Below are positions 34,024-44,278 of a DNA stretch of 64,000 nucleotides, one piece after another. The position numbers were made by a program, and so were the translations under genes. The stretch comes from Rebecca billardiae RCC1528 (Eukaryota > Protista > Haptophyta). The first letter of the stretch is position 1. The number at the start of each line of letters is the position of its first letter. The DNA is taken from positions 744,001 through 808,000 of the forward strand of contig OZ251242.1 in assembly GCA_965240325.2 (NCBI GenBank), written 5' to 3'. Under the pieces are notes generated by a model. That model was not told the DNA's origin. It saw only the letters and a program-made list of their open reading frames with translations, and made no database searches.

Positions 34024-35118
34024 ATGTCGATGGGCCAGCTCAGCAGCCGTGGCCGCCCTGCCGAAGATGGCCGCGCCGACGACGGCGTCCGCACGCTCGT
34101 GCAGATGGGCTTCGAGCCGGCGATGGCGCGCGAGGCGCTCGCGGCAGCCGCTGGCGACGTGAACGCGGCCGCCGAGCTGCTGCTCTCGTCCTCGCGCGAG
34201 CGCGCGGCGCGCGAGGTGCCGGCACGGCCGTCAGAGGCCGATGAGCGCCGCCAGCGCGCGCTGCTCGCCGCGCAATCGCGCGCGGCCTCCTCGCACGCCA
34301 CGCGTGCCCCGGCCAGCACCGGCCGCGGCGGCGCTGCCGCTCAGGCGGCGCGCGGCGTGGCGGCGGCGGCGGCGCGCAGCGTCGCGCCGCCCGCTCGACG
34401 CGCGCCGTCCCGCGAGGAGCGCATCGTGAGCTCCGCGCGCCAGCTCGCCACGATGCCGCAGTCGCTCGACCTGCTCATCACCTCGCTCACGCGCGTGCTC
34501 GCGCATCCGGGAGACCCCAAGTACCAGCGCGTGCCAGTGAACAACCCCAACTTCAAGCAGCACGTCGTGGACGCGCCGGGCGGGATGGAGCTGCTCGCCG
34601 CGGTGGGGTACGAGCGCCGCGACGACGCGCTCGTCCTCCGCGCGCACGACCAGTCCGTCCTCGAGCTCGCGCTCTCCGCGCTCGAGGGCGAGCGCGCCGG
34701 CTCTCGTTATGTGGAGGCCAAGGAGGAAGCGCTGCTGTCGGAGGCGCTGCAGGCGAGCAGGGCGGAGTGGGACGAGAGCGAGCGGGCGCGGCGCGCGGCG
34801 GCGGCGGCGCGCGTGCCCAAGGAGCCCGAGGACGGCGCGGCGGGCAACACGCTCCTCTGCTTCCACCTGGGCAAGTCGAAGGAGCGATCTCGCACCATCT
34901 GGCGCCGCTTCGAGTCGTGGAACACTCTGGAAGAAATCATTGCGTTCGTGGAGTCGACGACGCCGTTCGTGGTGGGCAAGACGGCGCACCTGTACGACAT
35001 CACGCTCGCGACGCCGACGCGGCTGGACGAGCGCCTCGAGATCGGGCGCACGCTGCAGGTGCTCAACCTGTGGCCGAGCGGCCACCTGCGCGTGCAGCCG
35101 ATTGTGAGCGCCGCCTGA
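34024..35118 (+). CDS. UBA-PUB-UBX-like p97/Cdc48 adaptor
   Basis: LVQMGFEPAMAREALAAAAGDVNAAAELLL (UBA); VLAHPGDPKYQRV..NNPNFKQHV..GGMELLAAVGY (PUB); VPKEP...RRFESWNTLEEI...LNLWPSGHLRV (UBX). Confidence 0.88.
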   Translation: MSMGQLSSRGRPAEDGRADDGVRTLVQMGFEPAMAREALAAAAGDVNAAAELLLSSSRERAAREVPARPSEADERRQRALLAAQSRAASSHATRAPASTGRGGAAAQAARGVAAAAARSVAPPARRAPSREERIVSSARQLATMPQSLDLLITSLTRVLAHPGDPKYQRVPVNNPNFKQHVVDAPGGMELLAAVGYERRDDALVLRAHDQSVLELALSALEGERAGSRYVEAKEEALLSEALQASRAEWDESERARRAAAAARVPKEPEDGAAGNTLLCFHLGKSKERSRTIWRRFESWNTLEEIIAFVESTTPFVVGKTAHLYDITLATPTRLDERLEIGRTLQVLNLWPSGHLRVQPIVSAA

Positions 35119-35479
35119 CAGCGCTCCAGCTGTGGCTGACTGGCTGTCGGTGCCGCCGATGCGCGGCCGCCGACGCCGCGGGTGCCATGCGGGCCAAGCA
35201 CGACGCGTGAGACCATGCCGATCAGAGCGGTGCTGCCGACGGCGTCACGTGGCCACCACGTGCCAGCACGTGGACACGATGTGCCAGCGTGCTGGCGCCG
35301 CCCTCAGCCATCAAGCGGCCAGCGGCCAGCGCCGCCGTCGCGGACGTGGCCCGTCGCCGTCGGCCGTCGGGCTCACTCTACACTAGGCCTAGCGGTAGGG
35401 CCGTGCTTGTCGCCCTGTCGGGCCGCCGACAAAGATTTAGTTAGGACTGGCATCAGCAGCACCATCAGCATTGGCAGCC

Positions 35480-36447
35480 GGCCTGTTTTAATTCTACTGT
35501 AATCTCGCCTGCCTGAGCTGTGTGCGTCTCTTATTCTTAGTAAACTGTACGAGAGCCCAACGGCGACATGCCGACATCCGCCAAAACGCGGCAAAATGGC
35601 GGCTGCTTGGCCGCTGGTGCGGTGCCGGCGCGATTGCGGAGTACTGATGGCACGTCGTTGGCGCATTCTCGTACTAGCGCGCTGACCTGTAGCGAAAGAT
35701 GTTGCCATGGCATGCTGCTTAGCCTTGCCTGGTGCTTCGCCCTGACACAGGGGTCAGTCGCGGCGCACGGTTGTGTGACGATCGTCGCCGAGGTGGCAGC
35801 TGCGGGCTTGCTGCAAGCTGCAGGCACTCTACCTTGGCTACGTCGCGCCCGTGTCAGTTGGCGACTCTGAACAGGTGATGAACAGATAGACTGCAATCGC
35901 CACCAGCTCTACAAGCTCCTCCGCCACTACTTTGTCGGGCTTGAGATGCTTCCGTTGCGTGCCGCTCGCATGCAGCTTGCCGCCTGCATTTGAACGTGAT
36001 CGTGGCAGGCTGGTTGACGTGGATGCTCAGGCCTCGTCGGCGTAGACTACGATAGGATGCGTGCAACGCGCACTCATGACGCGCGGAAAGGCATGCACAC
36101 GCGTTCTCGCGCATCTGGCAGGCTGCAGCCTTGGCCAAGATGAAGAACAAGCCTGCCAGTGCCTCGCCGCGCGAGCGCGAGCGCGCGGAGAGTTCTGCGA
36201 TCCGACCCATGGTGTTGGATGTACCTCGTGTGCGACAACGACGAGGCGGACGAGCGCCGCAACTGGATTCGTGCACTCACCGGTCACCGAGGAGTGCACG
36301 AATCGCATTCCTCACGCACGTGGAGGCCGCCATCGGCCGTGAGAGGTACATCCAACGAGGCGTGACCGGTGACACCGATTCCCACTGGCGGGCACGGGTT
36401 TGTCGCCGTGACATAGTAAATGGAATCTGGTAGAAATAAAACAGGCC
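35480..36447. mobile_element. Candidate short-TIR element, 968 bp, apparent 4-bp TSD AGCC
   Basis: AGCC|GGCCTGTTTTAATTCTAC ... GTAGAAATAAAACAGGCC|AGCC (18-bp inverted repeat, 1 mismatch). Confidence 0.55.
35496..35549 (-). repeat. Dispersed 48-nt unit, copy 2, plus the first 6 nt of a next unit
   Basis: 35502-35549 is the exact reverse complement of 22833-22880, followed on the minus strand by TACAGT. Confidence 0.95.
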
Positions 36448-36798
36448 AGCCGCTGTATACCTGTGTCGTTAAATCATAGAATGGGTATACTGCCCCGCCA
36501 CAAGGATGCGAGTTCCAGGCATCACTCACCCAGACCCCAGTCACCTACTCGGCAATCGCGTCACGATCATCACTGTCAAATGTGTAACCTGTCTGCTGAT
36601 GTCTGGATAATAGCGTGCGATGAAGGATGGCGCGGCAACCTGCCACCGTGAGCCTTACGCACGTTAAAACAAATAAACTGTAACGTAACAGCCGCAGTTG
36701 CACAATTATTTATCCGCGCACCAAATTCCTTGTGGGCAGGCGCGGAGCCGCGGACGTGGAGTCGTGGACAGCGTTAGACAGCGTGGGCGCGTTGCGCA

Positions 36799-37797
36799 AT
36801 GGCTTCCCCCAGCAAGTCATGGGTGCCGCTGGCAAGGCGGCAGGCTGAGGTGCACGACAGCGAGGCGGACGTGCAGCGCGCCATCCGCAAGCTCGCAGAC
36901 GCATCGAACGGCACCGTGCTGACCCAGCTCACCAGCGCCGTGCGGCACAAGCTCCAGACCCTCGCCGAGCGCATCGACACGCTCGAGGATGAAGCGATGG
37001 TGGCTGATGACGCGGTCGCGGCCGAGGCGGCGCTCGGCACGATCGCGGCGCACCGCGCGGAGCACTCACGGCTCTCGCACGATCTACGCACAAAGCTCGT
37101 CGCCGCTCGCGGCATCGTCGCCGTGCGCATGGAGGAGCAGCGCGCGAGCGCGAGCGCGCGCGAGGCGGCGCCTGCTGACGAGAGCGGCGCAGAGGCGGAC
37201 GAGTCGGCAGACGATGGCGGGCTGCCAGCGCGGTCGGCCGTGCAGTCCGCGGTCGAGGCAACGGAGGCGCTGAAGCGCACGCGCAAGCTGATGGCGAGCG
37301 AGGTCGCGCGCACAGAGCAGGCGCTCTCCACGCTGCATGAGTCTGGCGGCACGCTGCGCAGGGCGGCTGATGAGCACGATGCGATCGCAGACGGAGTGGG
37401 CAGCGGCTCGAAGACGCTCCGGCGGATTCGCAGGCGGGAGGCGATGGACAAGGCACTCACGTGGGGCTCGTTCGGCATGTTTCTGCTGGTTGTGCTCCGC
37501 GTCTTCCTTCGCCGCATGCCGTTGGCAGGCTTATGGCCGCTCGGTGTTGACCCCGCGAGTGCCCCTCGCGTCCTGTCGCCGTCATCGCCGCCCGACCACC
37601 TGCGCCACTCGGAGCTGGAGTCGCTGCCCGTGCACGACGCTGCCGTTCAGGAGAAGCACAGCGTTCTGGGGGACAGCGCTCGTGACGCAGCGCCGCAAGG
37701 CGCATCGGAGAGCTCTCCCGTGGACGCCTCTGACGAGACACGAGGTGAGCTCGCTGCCGATTCTCAAGAGCAACAGCGAGCTCGCGACGAGTTGTGA
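36799..37797 (+). CDS. SEC20: Sec20/BNIP1-type ER SNARE with lumenal tail ending RDEL
   Basis: ATEALKRTRKLMASEVARTEQALSTLHES..TL, REAMDK + TM helix + RRMP; C-terminal RDEL. Confidence 0.82.
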   Translation: MASPSKSWVPLARRQAEVHDSEADVQRAIRKLADASNGTVLTQLTSAVRHKLQTLAERIDTLEDEAMVADDAVAAEAALGTIAAHRAEHSRLSHDLRTKLVAARGIVAVRMEEQRASASAREAAPADESGAEADESADDGGLPARSAVQSAVEATEALKRTRKLMASEVARTEQALSTLHESGGTLRRAADEHDAIADGVGSGSKTLRRIRRREAMDKALTWGSFGMFLLVVLRVFLRRMPLAGLWPLGVDPASAPRVLSPSSPPDHLRHSELESLPVHDAAVQEKHSVLGDSARDAAPQGASESSPVDASDETRGELAADSQEQQRARDEL

Positions 37798-38332
37798 CCC
37801 TGGCGCGAGCCTTCGCTGCCAGCCATCCGGTTCTGGGCGAGCCAAGTCCTCCACGTCAGGGAGTGCGGGGTGCAACTGTCCGGCTAGAGTGGACAACGCC
37901 TGTGGGCGGCGCCCGTCAGTCAGACTGCGAGTCCGACACCGAGCGGGCCGCGCTGGCCTGATGCGAGTGCGACGCCGCGCACGCTCCCGACTCACCTCCC
38001 GAGGATGCTGGATGGTGTCCGGGTTAGACCCGTCTGCCACTCAGTCTCACTCTGCCAGCGCAGGCGGTGAGTGGTGCCGCGCTGATGATGTATCAGCATC
38101 AGCTACTTCATCATCATGTCAGCAGCTAGCACTCATCGCGTCGTCAATCAGTAGCGCAGCAGTCGGCCCGACTGATGATGCTGACTGTAGAGTGTAGTAC
38201 TCAATTACACGCGCGCGCTGATCCGCCATCGTCACCCGATCGTGATCGATACCTGTAAGGCGCCGAGGGCTCGTCGGTAATCCGCCCCCGCCGGCGGCAG
38301 CGGTGCCGGAGTAGTGGAAGAGGCGGCGCTAG

Positions 38333-39913
38333 TTAATTCTCAATGGCTGCCTGTGCGCACCACTCGATGCAGTGGGGCTTGTGCACCTTCCACGAGCTGC
38401 GCAGGTGCTCACGCGAGCAGAAGACAGCCACGTGGCACCGCTCGCACTTCTTCAGACCGCTGCCCGTGCGTCCGCAGGTGATGCAGCACTGGGAGACCAC
38501 CTCGCGCACGCCCGCTACCGCAGCTAGCCCAGCGCACGCGGTATCTCTGAGGTTGGGGTCGAGCTCTTGGCCACGGCGCAGCAGCCGCGCGCCCTCCTCC
38601 ACGTCACGCTCCACTCCCACACCCTGAAGCGTCAGCGACCCCAGCGAGACGTGCGCACGTGCGTTCCCGCCGTTAGCAGCCAGGCGGTACCAGCGCGTCG
38701 CCTCGCCACAATCATGCTGCACACCCTTGCCTTGCAAGTAGCACAAGCCCAGATTGCACTGCGCCTCAGCATAGCCCTCCTCGGCCGCCAGCCGGTAGAA
38801 GCGCACCGCCTCTGCCATATCCTGCTGCACACCATTGCCGCACGAGTAGTGCACGCCCAGATTGTACTGCGCTGCAGCAACGCCCTGCTCGGCCGCCAGC
38901 CGGTACAAGCGCATCGCCTCGCTCAAATCCTGCGTCACATCCTTGCCTGTGCTGTAGCAAGCGCCCAGACAGAACCGTGCTTCAGCATGGCCCTGCTCGG
39001 CCGCCAGCCGGTACAAGCGCACCGCCTCTGCCATATCCTGCTGCACACCATTGCCGCGCGAGTAGTGCACGCCCAGATTGTACTGCGCGTCAGCAACGCC
39101 CTGCTCGGCCGCCAGCCGGTGCAAGCGCGCCGCCTCTGCCATATCCTGCTGCACACCATTGCCGCACGAGTAGTGCACGCCCAGATTGTACTGCGCTGCA
39201 GCAACGCCCTGCTCGGCCGCCAGCCGGTACAAGCGCATCGCCTCGCTCAAATCCTGCGCCACATCCTTGCCTGTGCTGTAGCAAGCGCCCAGACAGAACC
39301 GTGCTTCAGCATGGCCCTGCTCGGCCGCCAGCCGGTACAAGCGCACCGCCTCTGCCATATCCTGCTGCACACCATTGCCGCGCGAGTAGTGCACGCCCAG
39401 ATTGCACTGCGCTTGAGCATCGCCCTGCTCGGCCGCCAGCCGGTACAAGCGCACCGCCTCGCTCCAATCCTGCTGCACACCCGCACCTTGCGCGCAGCAC
39501 CAGCCCAGATTGCGCTGCGCTTCAGCACAGCCCTGCTCGGCCGCCAGCCGGTACCAGCGCGCTGCCTCGCCCATGTCCTGCTGCACACCCTCGCCACGCG
39601 CGTAGCACCGGCCCAGATTGCGCTGCGCTTCAGCACAGCCCTGCTCGGCCGCCAGCCGGTACCAGCGCGTGGCCGCCTCGAGGTCCACGGGCTGACCAAG
39701 CTCGCCGGCCAAGCAGATGTCGCCCATTCTCGCCTGCGCATCGGCAAAGCCGCGCTCAGTGGCGAGCGTGTACAGGCGAAAGGCTTCGCGCTCGTCCTGC
39801 GCGACGCCGTCACCGATGTCAGCCCGCCGCGCCAGAAGGAACGCCGCACGCGCGTCGCCGCGCCCCGACTTGCGCCGGAGGAGCCTAACCGCCGCGCTAG
39901 CATCCGTCGCCAT
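38333..39913 (-). CDS. Sel1-like repeat protein (~12 repeats) with C-terminal MYND zinc finger
   Basis: 36-aa AQYNLG.HY..G.GV.QD..EA.R.YRLAAEQG repeats; CITC...LKKCERCHVAVFCSREHLRSSWKVHKPHC. Confidence 0.93.
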   Translation of the reverse strand: MATDASAAVRLLRRKSGRGDARAAFLLARRADIGDGVAQDEREAFRLYTLATERGFADAQARMGDICLAGELGQPVDLEAATRWYRLAAEQGCAEAQRNLGRCYARGEGVQQDMGEAARWYRLAAEQGCAEAQRNLGWCCAQGAGVQQDWSEAVRLYRLAAEQGDAQAQCNLGVHYSRGNGVQQDMAEAVRLYRLAAEQGHAEARFCLGACYSTGKDVAQDLSEAMRLYRLAAEQGVAAAQYNLGVHYSCGNGVQQDMAEAARLHRLAAEQGVADAQYNLGVHYSRGNGVQQDMAEAVRLYRLAAEQGHAEARFCLGACYSTGKDVTQDLSEAMRLYRLAAEQGVAAAQYNLGVHYSCGNGVQQDMAEAVRFYRLAAEEGYAEAQCNLGLCYLQGKGVQHDCGEATRWYRLAANGGNARAHVSLGSLTLQGVGVERDVEEGARLLRRGQELDPNLRDTACAGLAAVAGVREVVSQCCITCGRTGSGLKKCERCHVAVFCSREHLRSSWKVHKPHCIEWCAQAAIEN

Positions 39914-40518
39914 GATTGTGCTGGGGACGTGATGCACGTCGCGAGATCTGACGAGCCTCGCGATGGCGTCGGCCGGAATGCCCCCCCGCAGCCACGTCCC
40001 TGGGCGGAGGGCGGCGCAACGCCGCGGCGCGTGCGCTCAGGCGGCGGCGAGGTGCGCGCCTGCACGCACCGGTCACATGTGGCCCTGCTCCGCGCGTCCG
40101 CGGCCGAACAGCTGCGCTCCATCGCCCGCCCGCCCGCTCGCGCGTGTGGCGTGCTGCTGCGGCTGCGCGGGGTGGCCGCGTACCCTCGCGGGGGCGCGCG
40201 CGCGTGGCATGGCCGAGGGTGGCCAGGCGGGCACCGCGCGCGAAGGGTGTCCGCGTCCTTGGGCCGTTGGTACAGAATAAATGAGTGGCGCGGACGGTCA
40301 ACCGCTCCAAATCATCAGCCTCTGGGCCTGAGTGTGGCCCGGATTTCAATACTAATAGTCTGATGACTGATTCCGCGGCGCGAACGCCCTCCGCGGCTCG
40401 GATATTAGTGATATCGCGCCGCCGGGACAGGCGTCACACTGACTTCTGACCCTGATCGGCAACAGCGAGCAATTAAGTACGACGACGCATCATCAGCTTC
40501 GCGGAGGCGTCGCCATCG

Positions 40519-41751
40519 TTAGTTCTGCATGCGGATGCCGTCGTCCCATCGGAAGCCGACCCCGCTCCCGATCCAGACGCCCTGGCCGAGCGGGTTGGCC
40601 CCGAACACGTTGAGCGCGGGCGGCAGGCCGTGCGGCGGGTCGAAGTTGACCATCGCCTTAACGGTCGTGCGGTGCAGGACGCGAAGCCCCTGCTTCGACG
40701 CCGCCTCGTGCGCCTCGGGCGCGGCGCGGTGGGCGATGGCGAGGTTGTCGATGAAGACCATGTCTCCCTCCTCATACTCGTACGCGAGAGTGTACGCGGG
40801 CGCTCCCGCCGGCAGCCGCTGGCGCTCGGGGGCGGTTTTGTGCGGGGAGCCGTCGGGCAGGCCGGCATTGAGGAGGTCGTTGTACTGGTTGAAGAGCGCG
40901 CGCATCTCGCCCGCCTCGAGCAGGCGCAGCGAGCGCTCCTCGCTCCCCGCCTCCCCCGCGACCTCGAGCACCGCGCCCGTCATCCCCAGGTGGAGGTACA
41001 CGGAGCGCCGGCCGGAGATGGGGTGCTCGTGCACGAGCGGGTGGAGCACGCCCGAGTTGGAGTTGACGGACACGTACCGCGACCACCGCGTCTGTAGCTC
41101 GGGCGGCAGCACGTCGTACGCCACGCCCTGGTGCGCGAAGAGCGTCGCGCCGCCCGCCTCGGGCACGCGCACGATGTGGTAGCCGACGTGCGAGAAGACG
41201 CCGCGCTCGAACGAGCCGTCGTTGTGCCACTGGGGGCCGACGCCGAGGATGCCGACGTCGCGGTCGTTGGCGAGGCGGAAGATGTGCCGGTTCGGCGCCT
41301 GCGGGTGCACGCCGTGCGTGGAGTGGATCTCGCGCCCTCCCCAGTACTCGGACGCTCGCACCTGCTCGTCGCCGCTCAGCACGCCCTGCCCCTTGAAGAC
41401 GAGGAAGCCGCGCGCCGCCATCTCGAGCTGGAGCGCCTCGAGCACGTCCTCGTCAGGCTGAGTTCGCAGGTCGAGCCCGCTCACCTGCGCGCCGAGGGGC
41501 TCAAGGGGGGCGATGGCCACCCCCTTCGACGCGAGGAAGCGCACGCGCTCCTCGCTGAGCGGAGGCACGCCCGCCGAGCACGTCTCCGAGAAGGCGATGG
41601 TCGGGATGGGCGCGGCGGAGACGCTGGACGAGCCTGAGGACATGGTGGCATGCGCTCGGCACGCGAGCGACGCGGCGAGCCAGCCGAGGCGGCGCACGGC
41701 GAGTGCGGCGAGCGGAAGCGTGCGTGCGAGGAAGAAGCCGGGGCCGCACAT
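40519..41751 (-). CDS. TauD/TfdA family Fe(II)/2-oxoglutarate dioxygenase (start 41751 or 41643)
   Basis: PLGAQVSGLDL, WHNDGSF (HxD), HPLVHEHPISGRRSVY, GDMVFIDNLAIAHRA, RVLHRTTV. Confidence 0.92.
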   Translation of the reverse strand: MCGPGFFLARTLPLAALAVRRLGWLAASLACRAHATMSSGSSSVSAAPIPTIAFSETCSAGVPPLSEERVRFLASKGVAIAPLEPLGAQVSGLDLRTQPDEDVLEALQLEMAARGFLVFKGQGVLSGDEQVRASEYWGGREIHSTHGVHPQAPNRHIFRLANDRDVGILGVGPQWHNDGSFERGVFSHVGYHIVRVPEAGGATLFAHQGVAYDVLPPELQTRWSRYVSVNSNSGVLHPLVHEHPISGRRSVYLHLGMTGAVLEVAGEAGSEERSLRLLEAGEMRALFNQYNDLLNAGLPDGSPHKTAPERQRLPAGAPAYTLAYEYEEGDMVFIDNLAIAHRAAPEAHEAASKQGLRVLHRTTVKAMVNFDPPHGLPPALNVFGANPLGQGVWIGSGVGFRWDDGIRMQN

Positions 41752-41961
41752 CCAGCGGACCCAGCCCTGGGACCCAGCGCGGTCGTTCTCACGGGCCGAC
41801 TTGGGTGGCTTCTTTTGCATCCGCCAGCAGCCCCCTCCCCAGCGGGTGGGGTCGTTGGCGCCCCCTTGCACACGCGCGCGCAGAGGCTCGAGGCGCCGAG
41901 CTGCTGCCGCGCGCGGCCCGTGGGTGCCACCCCCCGGCCCTCGCACGCCAGCGAGCGCGCG

Positions 41962-44060
41962 ATGCCGCTCATCGAGTTCACCGACGCCGAGCGCAAGGAG
42001 CTGCTCGAGGATGATCGCGTGATCGACCTCGGCCCGGTCAAGGCTCGCGCGCTCGCGAGCTTCCGCGAGGCGCTCGCCGGCGAGATCGCCGCGTACGCGG
42101 CGCAAGCGCCGGCAGACGTGGAGGTGATCGCAGACGCGCGCCTCCTGCGCTACATGCGCGCGTGCGGCTACGACCTCGAGACAGCCGCCGCCATGTACAC
42201 GGCCACGCTGCAGTGGCGCGCCGAGAATGGCGTCGCCGCCATCCGCGACCAGGCCGTGGCGCCCAACTACGCGCCGCCGCACTGGCACGTGGTGAACAGG
42301 TACTGGCAGATCCGCCCTCTCTACTGCTACGACGCCACGGGCTCGCCCGTGATGATCGAGTGCATCGGCCGCTCCGACCTGAAGGCGCTGCTGAACGATT
42401 CGGGCCTCTCGCGCCAGCAGCTCCTCACGTTCTGGACACACATGATGGAGTGGCAGATGCTGCTGCTGGACAGGCTGACGCTCGCGCGCGGCGCGCTGGT
42501 GCGCAAGTGCGAGGTGCGCGACCTCGACGGCCTCGGCGTCGCGCACACGTACAAGGCGGGCCTGGACTTCTTCAAGGAGTGCGCGGCCATCACGGCCAAA
42601 CACTACGTCGAGATCGTGCGGGTGCGTGCGGCCGCTGCCGCGCGCTCGGTGTGCGGCCGTGTGCGTGCGCCCGCTGCCGCGCGCTCGGTGTGCGGCCGTG
42701 TGCGTGCGGCCGCTGCCGCGCGCTCGGTGTGCGGCCGTGTGCGTGCGCCCGCTGCCGCGCGCTCGGTGTGCGGCCGTGTGCGTGCGCCCGCTGCCGCGCG
42801 CTCGGTGTGCGGCCGTGTGCGTGCGGCCGCTGCCGCGCGCTCGCTCGCGCGGTGTGCGGCTGGATGTGGGGCAAGGCGGCCCAGGTGTGGGGGCGGGCGT
42901 GCGCGTGCGCGGGGCGGCCAGGTGCGCTGGTCTGCGGCGTTCATTACACATTTCGCGGGCGGGGCCGTGGGGTGGTGCACGCCCCGCCGCGCGCGCTCAC
43001 GGCTCCACGCGCCGCGCCGCGCCGCCCCGCTCCCTCCACCGCCGCGATCCCGCTCGATTCGCAGACCGTGGTGATTGTCAACGCGCCGAGTGTCTTCCAG
43101 GCGGTTTGGAAGGTGCTCGCCGGCGTGATCCCGGAGTCGACCAAGGCGAAGATCCACGTGTGCGAGAAGGGGCCGGCCGCGGCGCAGACGCTGCAGTCAG
43201 TGATCGGCCCGGGCCGTCTCCCCGCGAGGTACGGGGGTCCGGACGGGCACGAGATGCAGTGGCAGACAGACGCGCCGTGCGACCACCTCGGGGGGCCGGA
43301 CGGCGCGCTCACGTCACTCGCCGCGCCCGGCTCGGCGCTCGGCGCCGCCGCCGATCACCGCAAGCGCTCTGCGACGCCACCCATGAACGGGCTGTTGGGC
43401 GGCGGCGCGGGCGCGGGCAGCGCTGCGGCCAGCGCGAGCGGCGGCGCGGAGGGCGCGGCGGCGCAGCAGCCGCAGCAGCAGCAGCCCGCGCTGGGCGCGA
43501 CGCCCTCCGTTGGCAGCGGCTCAGAGGCGACCACAATGTCGCGCTCGCTCCTGCGCAACCTCGGCGTAGGCGACGCGATCACGTCAGCCTACTCATCGGC
43601 GACGGCGTACGCGACGTCGGCAACGACGAGCAGCCGGGCGGCGGCCGGTGGCGGCGAGGAGCGGACGCCGCCCCTGCGCGACACGGGCCGCGGCGGCGAC
43701 AGCAGCCACAGCAGGTCGCGCGCGCGGAGCGGCGCCGGCGAGCACGCCGCGGGCGCTGCGCTCGGCTCCAACCCGCAGCAGCACGTCCCCTCGCCCATGG
43801 CGGCGGCGGACGGCCCCGACGGCGCGTGGGAGGCGCGCGATGCCGTGCGCACCGGCGCGGGCTTCTCGTGCACGGGGCGGATGCGCGAGCTCACGCGGAG
43901 ACTCTGCTGCTGCGGTGGCGGCATCTCGCGCGAATCTCGGCTGGATCTGGATGTGTCAGACAGCCCGCGCAAGCCGCACACGCCGCGCCGGCTGAAGGGC
44001 GGACCCATCAACGAGGGCTCGAGCTCAGGCACGCAGCTGCTCAACGCGGGCCCACGCTGA
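41962..44060 (+). CDS. Sec14/CRAL-TRIO lipid-binding protein, 2 exons
   Basis: Exons 41962-42621 and 43065-44060; LLRYMRA..YDL..A..MY...LQWR, YCYDATGSPV, VRDLDGLG, HYVE, VIVNAPSVFQAVWKVL...ESTKAKI, LPARYGG. Confidence 0.92.
42622..42845 (+). repeat. 39-bp intronic tandem repeat (~5.7 copies) starting at the splice donor
   Basis: GTGCGTGCG(G/C)CCGCTGCCGCGCGCTCGGTGTGCGGCCGT repeated. Confidence 0.92.
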
Positions 44061-44182
44061 CTGAGTCTGAGTGCCGCCAACTGTATAGCTGCCTCAGCGC
44101 ATCTGAGCGGATCGCCGATGATTCGCCAGGGTACCGTATGACGATCGTTTGTTGACGATGAGTTTCGCCGCGTCAATCGGAC

Positions 44183-44265
44183 TACAGTTTACTAAGAATA
44201 AGAGACGCACAGCCTGACCCACAGCTCAGGCAGGCGAGATTACAGTTTACTAAGAATAAGAGACG
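44183..44265 (+). repeat. Dispersed 48-nt unit, copy 3 (1.5 tandem units, 10-nt insertion)
   Basis: 44183-44240 full unit with AGCCTGACCC inserted; 44241-44265 partial unit; ends 13 nt before ATG 44279. Confidence 0.95.
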
Positions 44266-44278
44266 ACCGACGGACACA

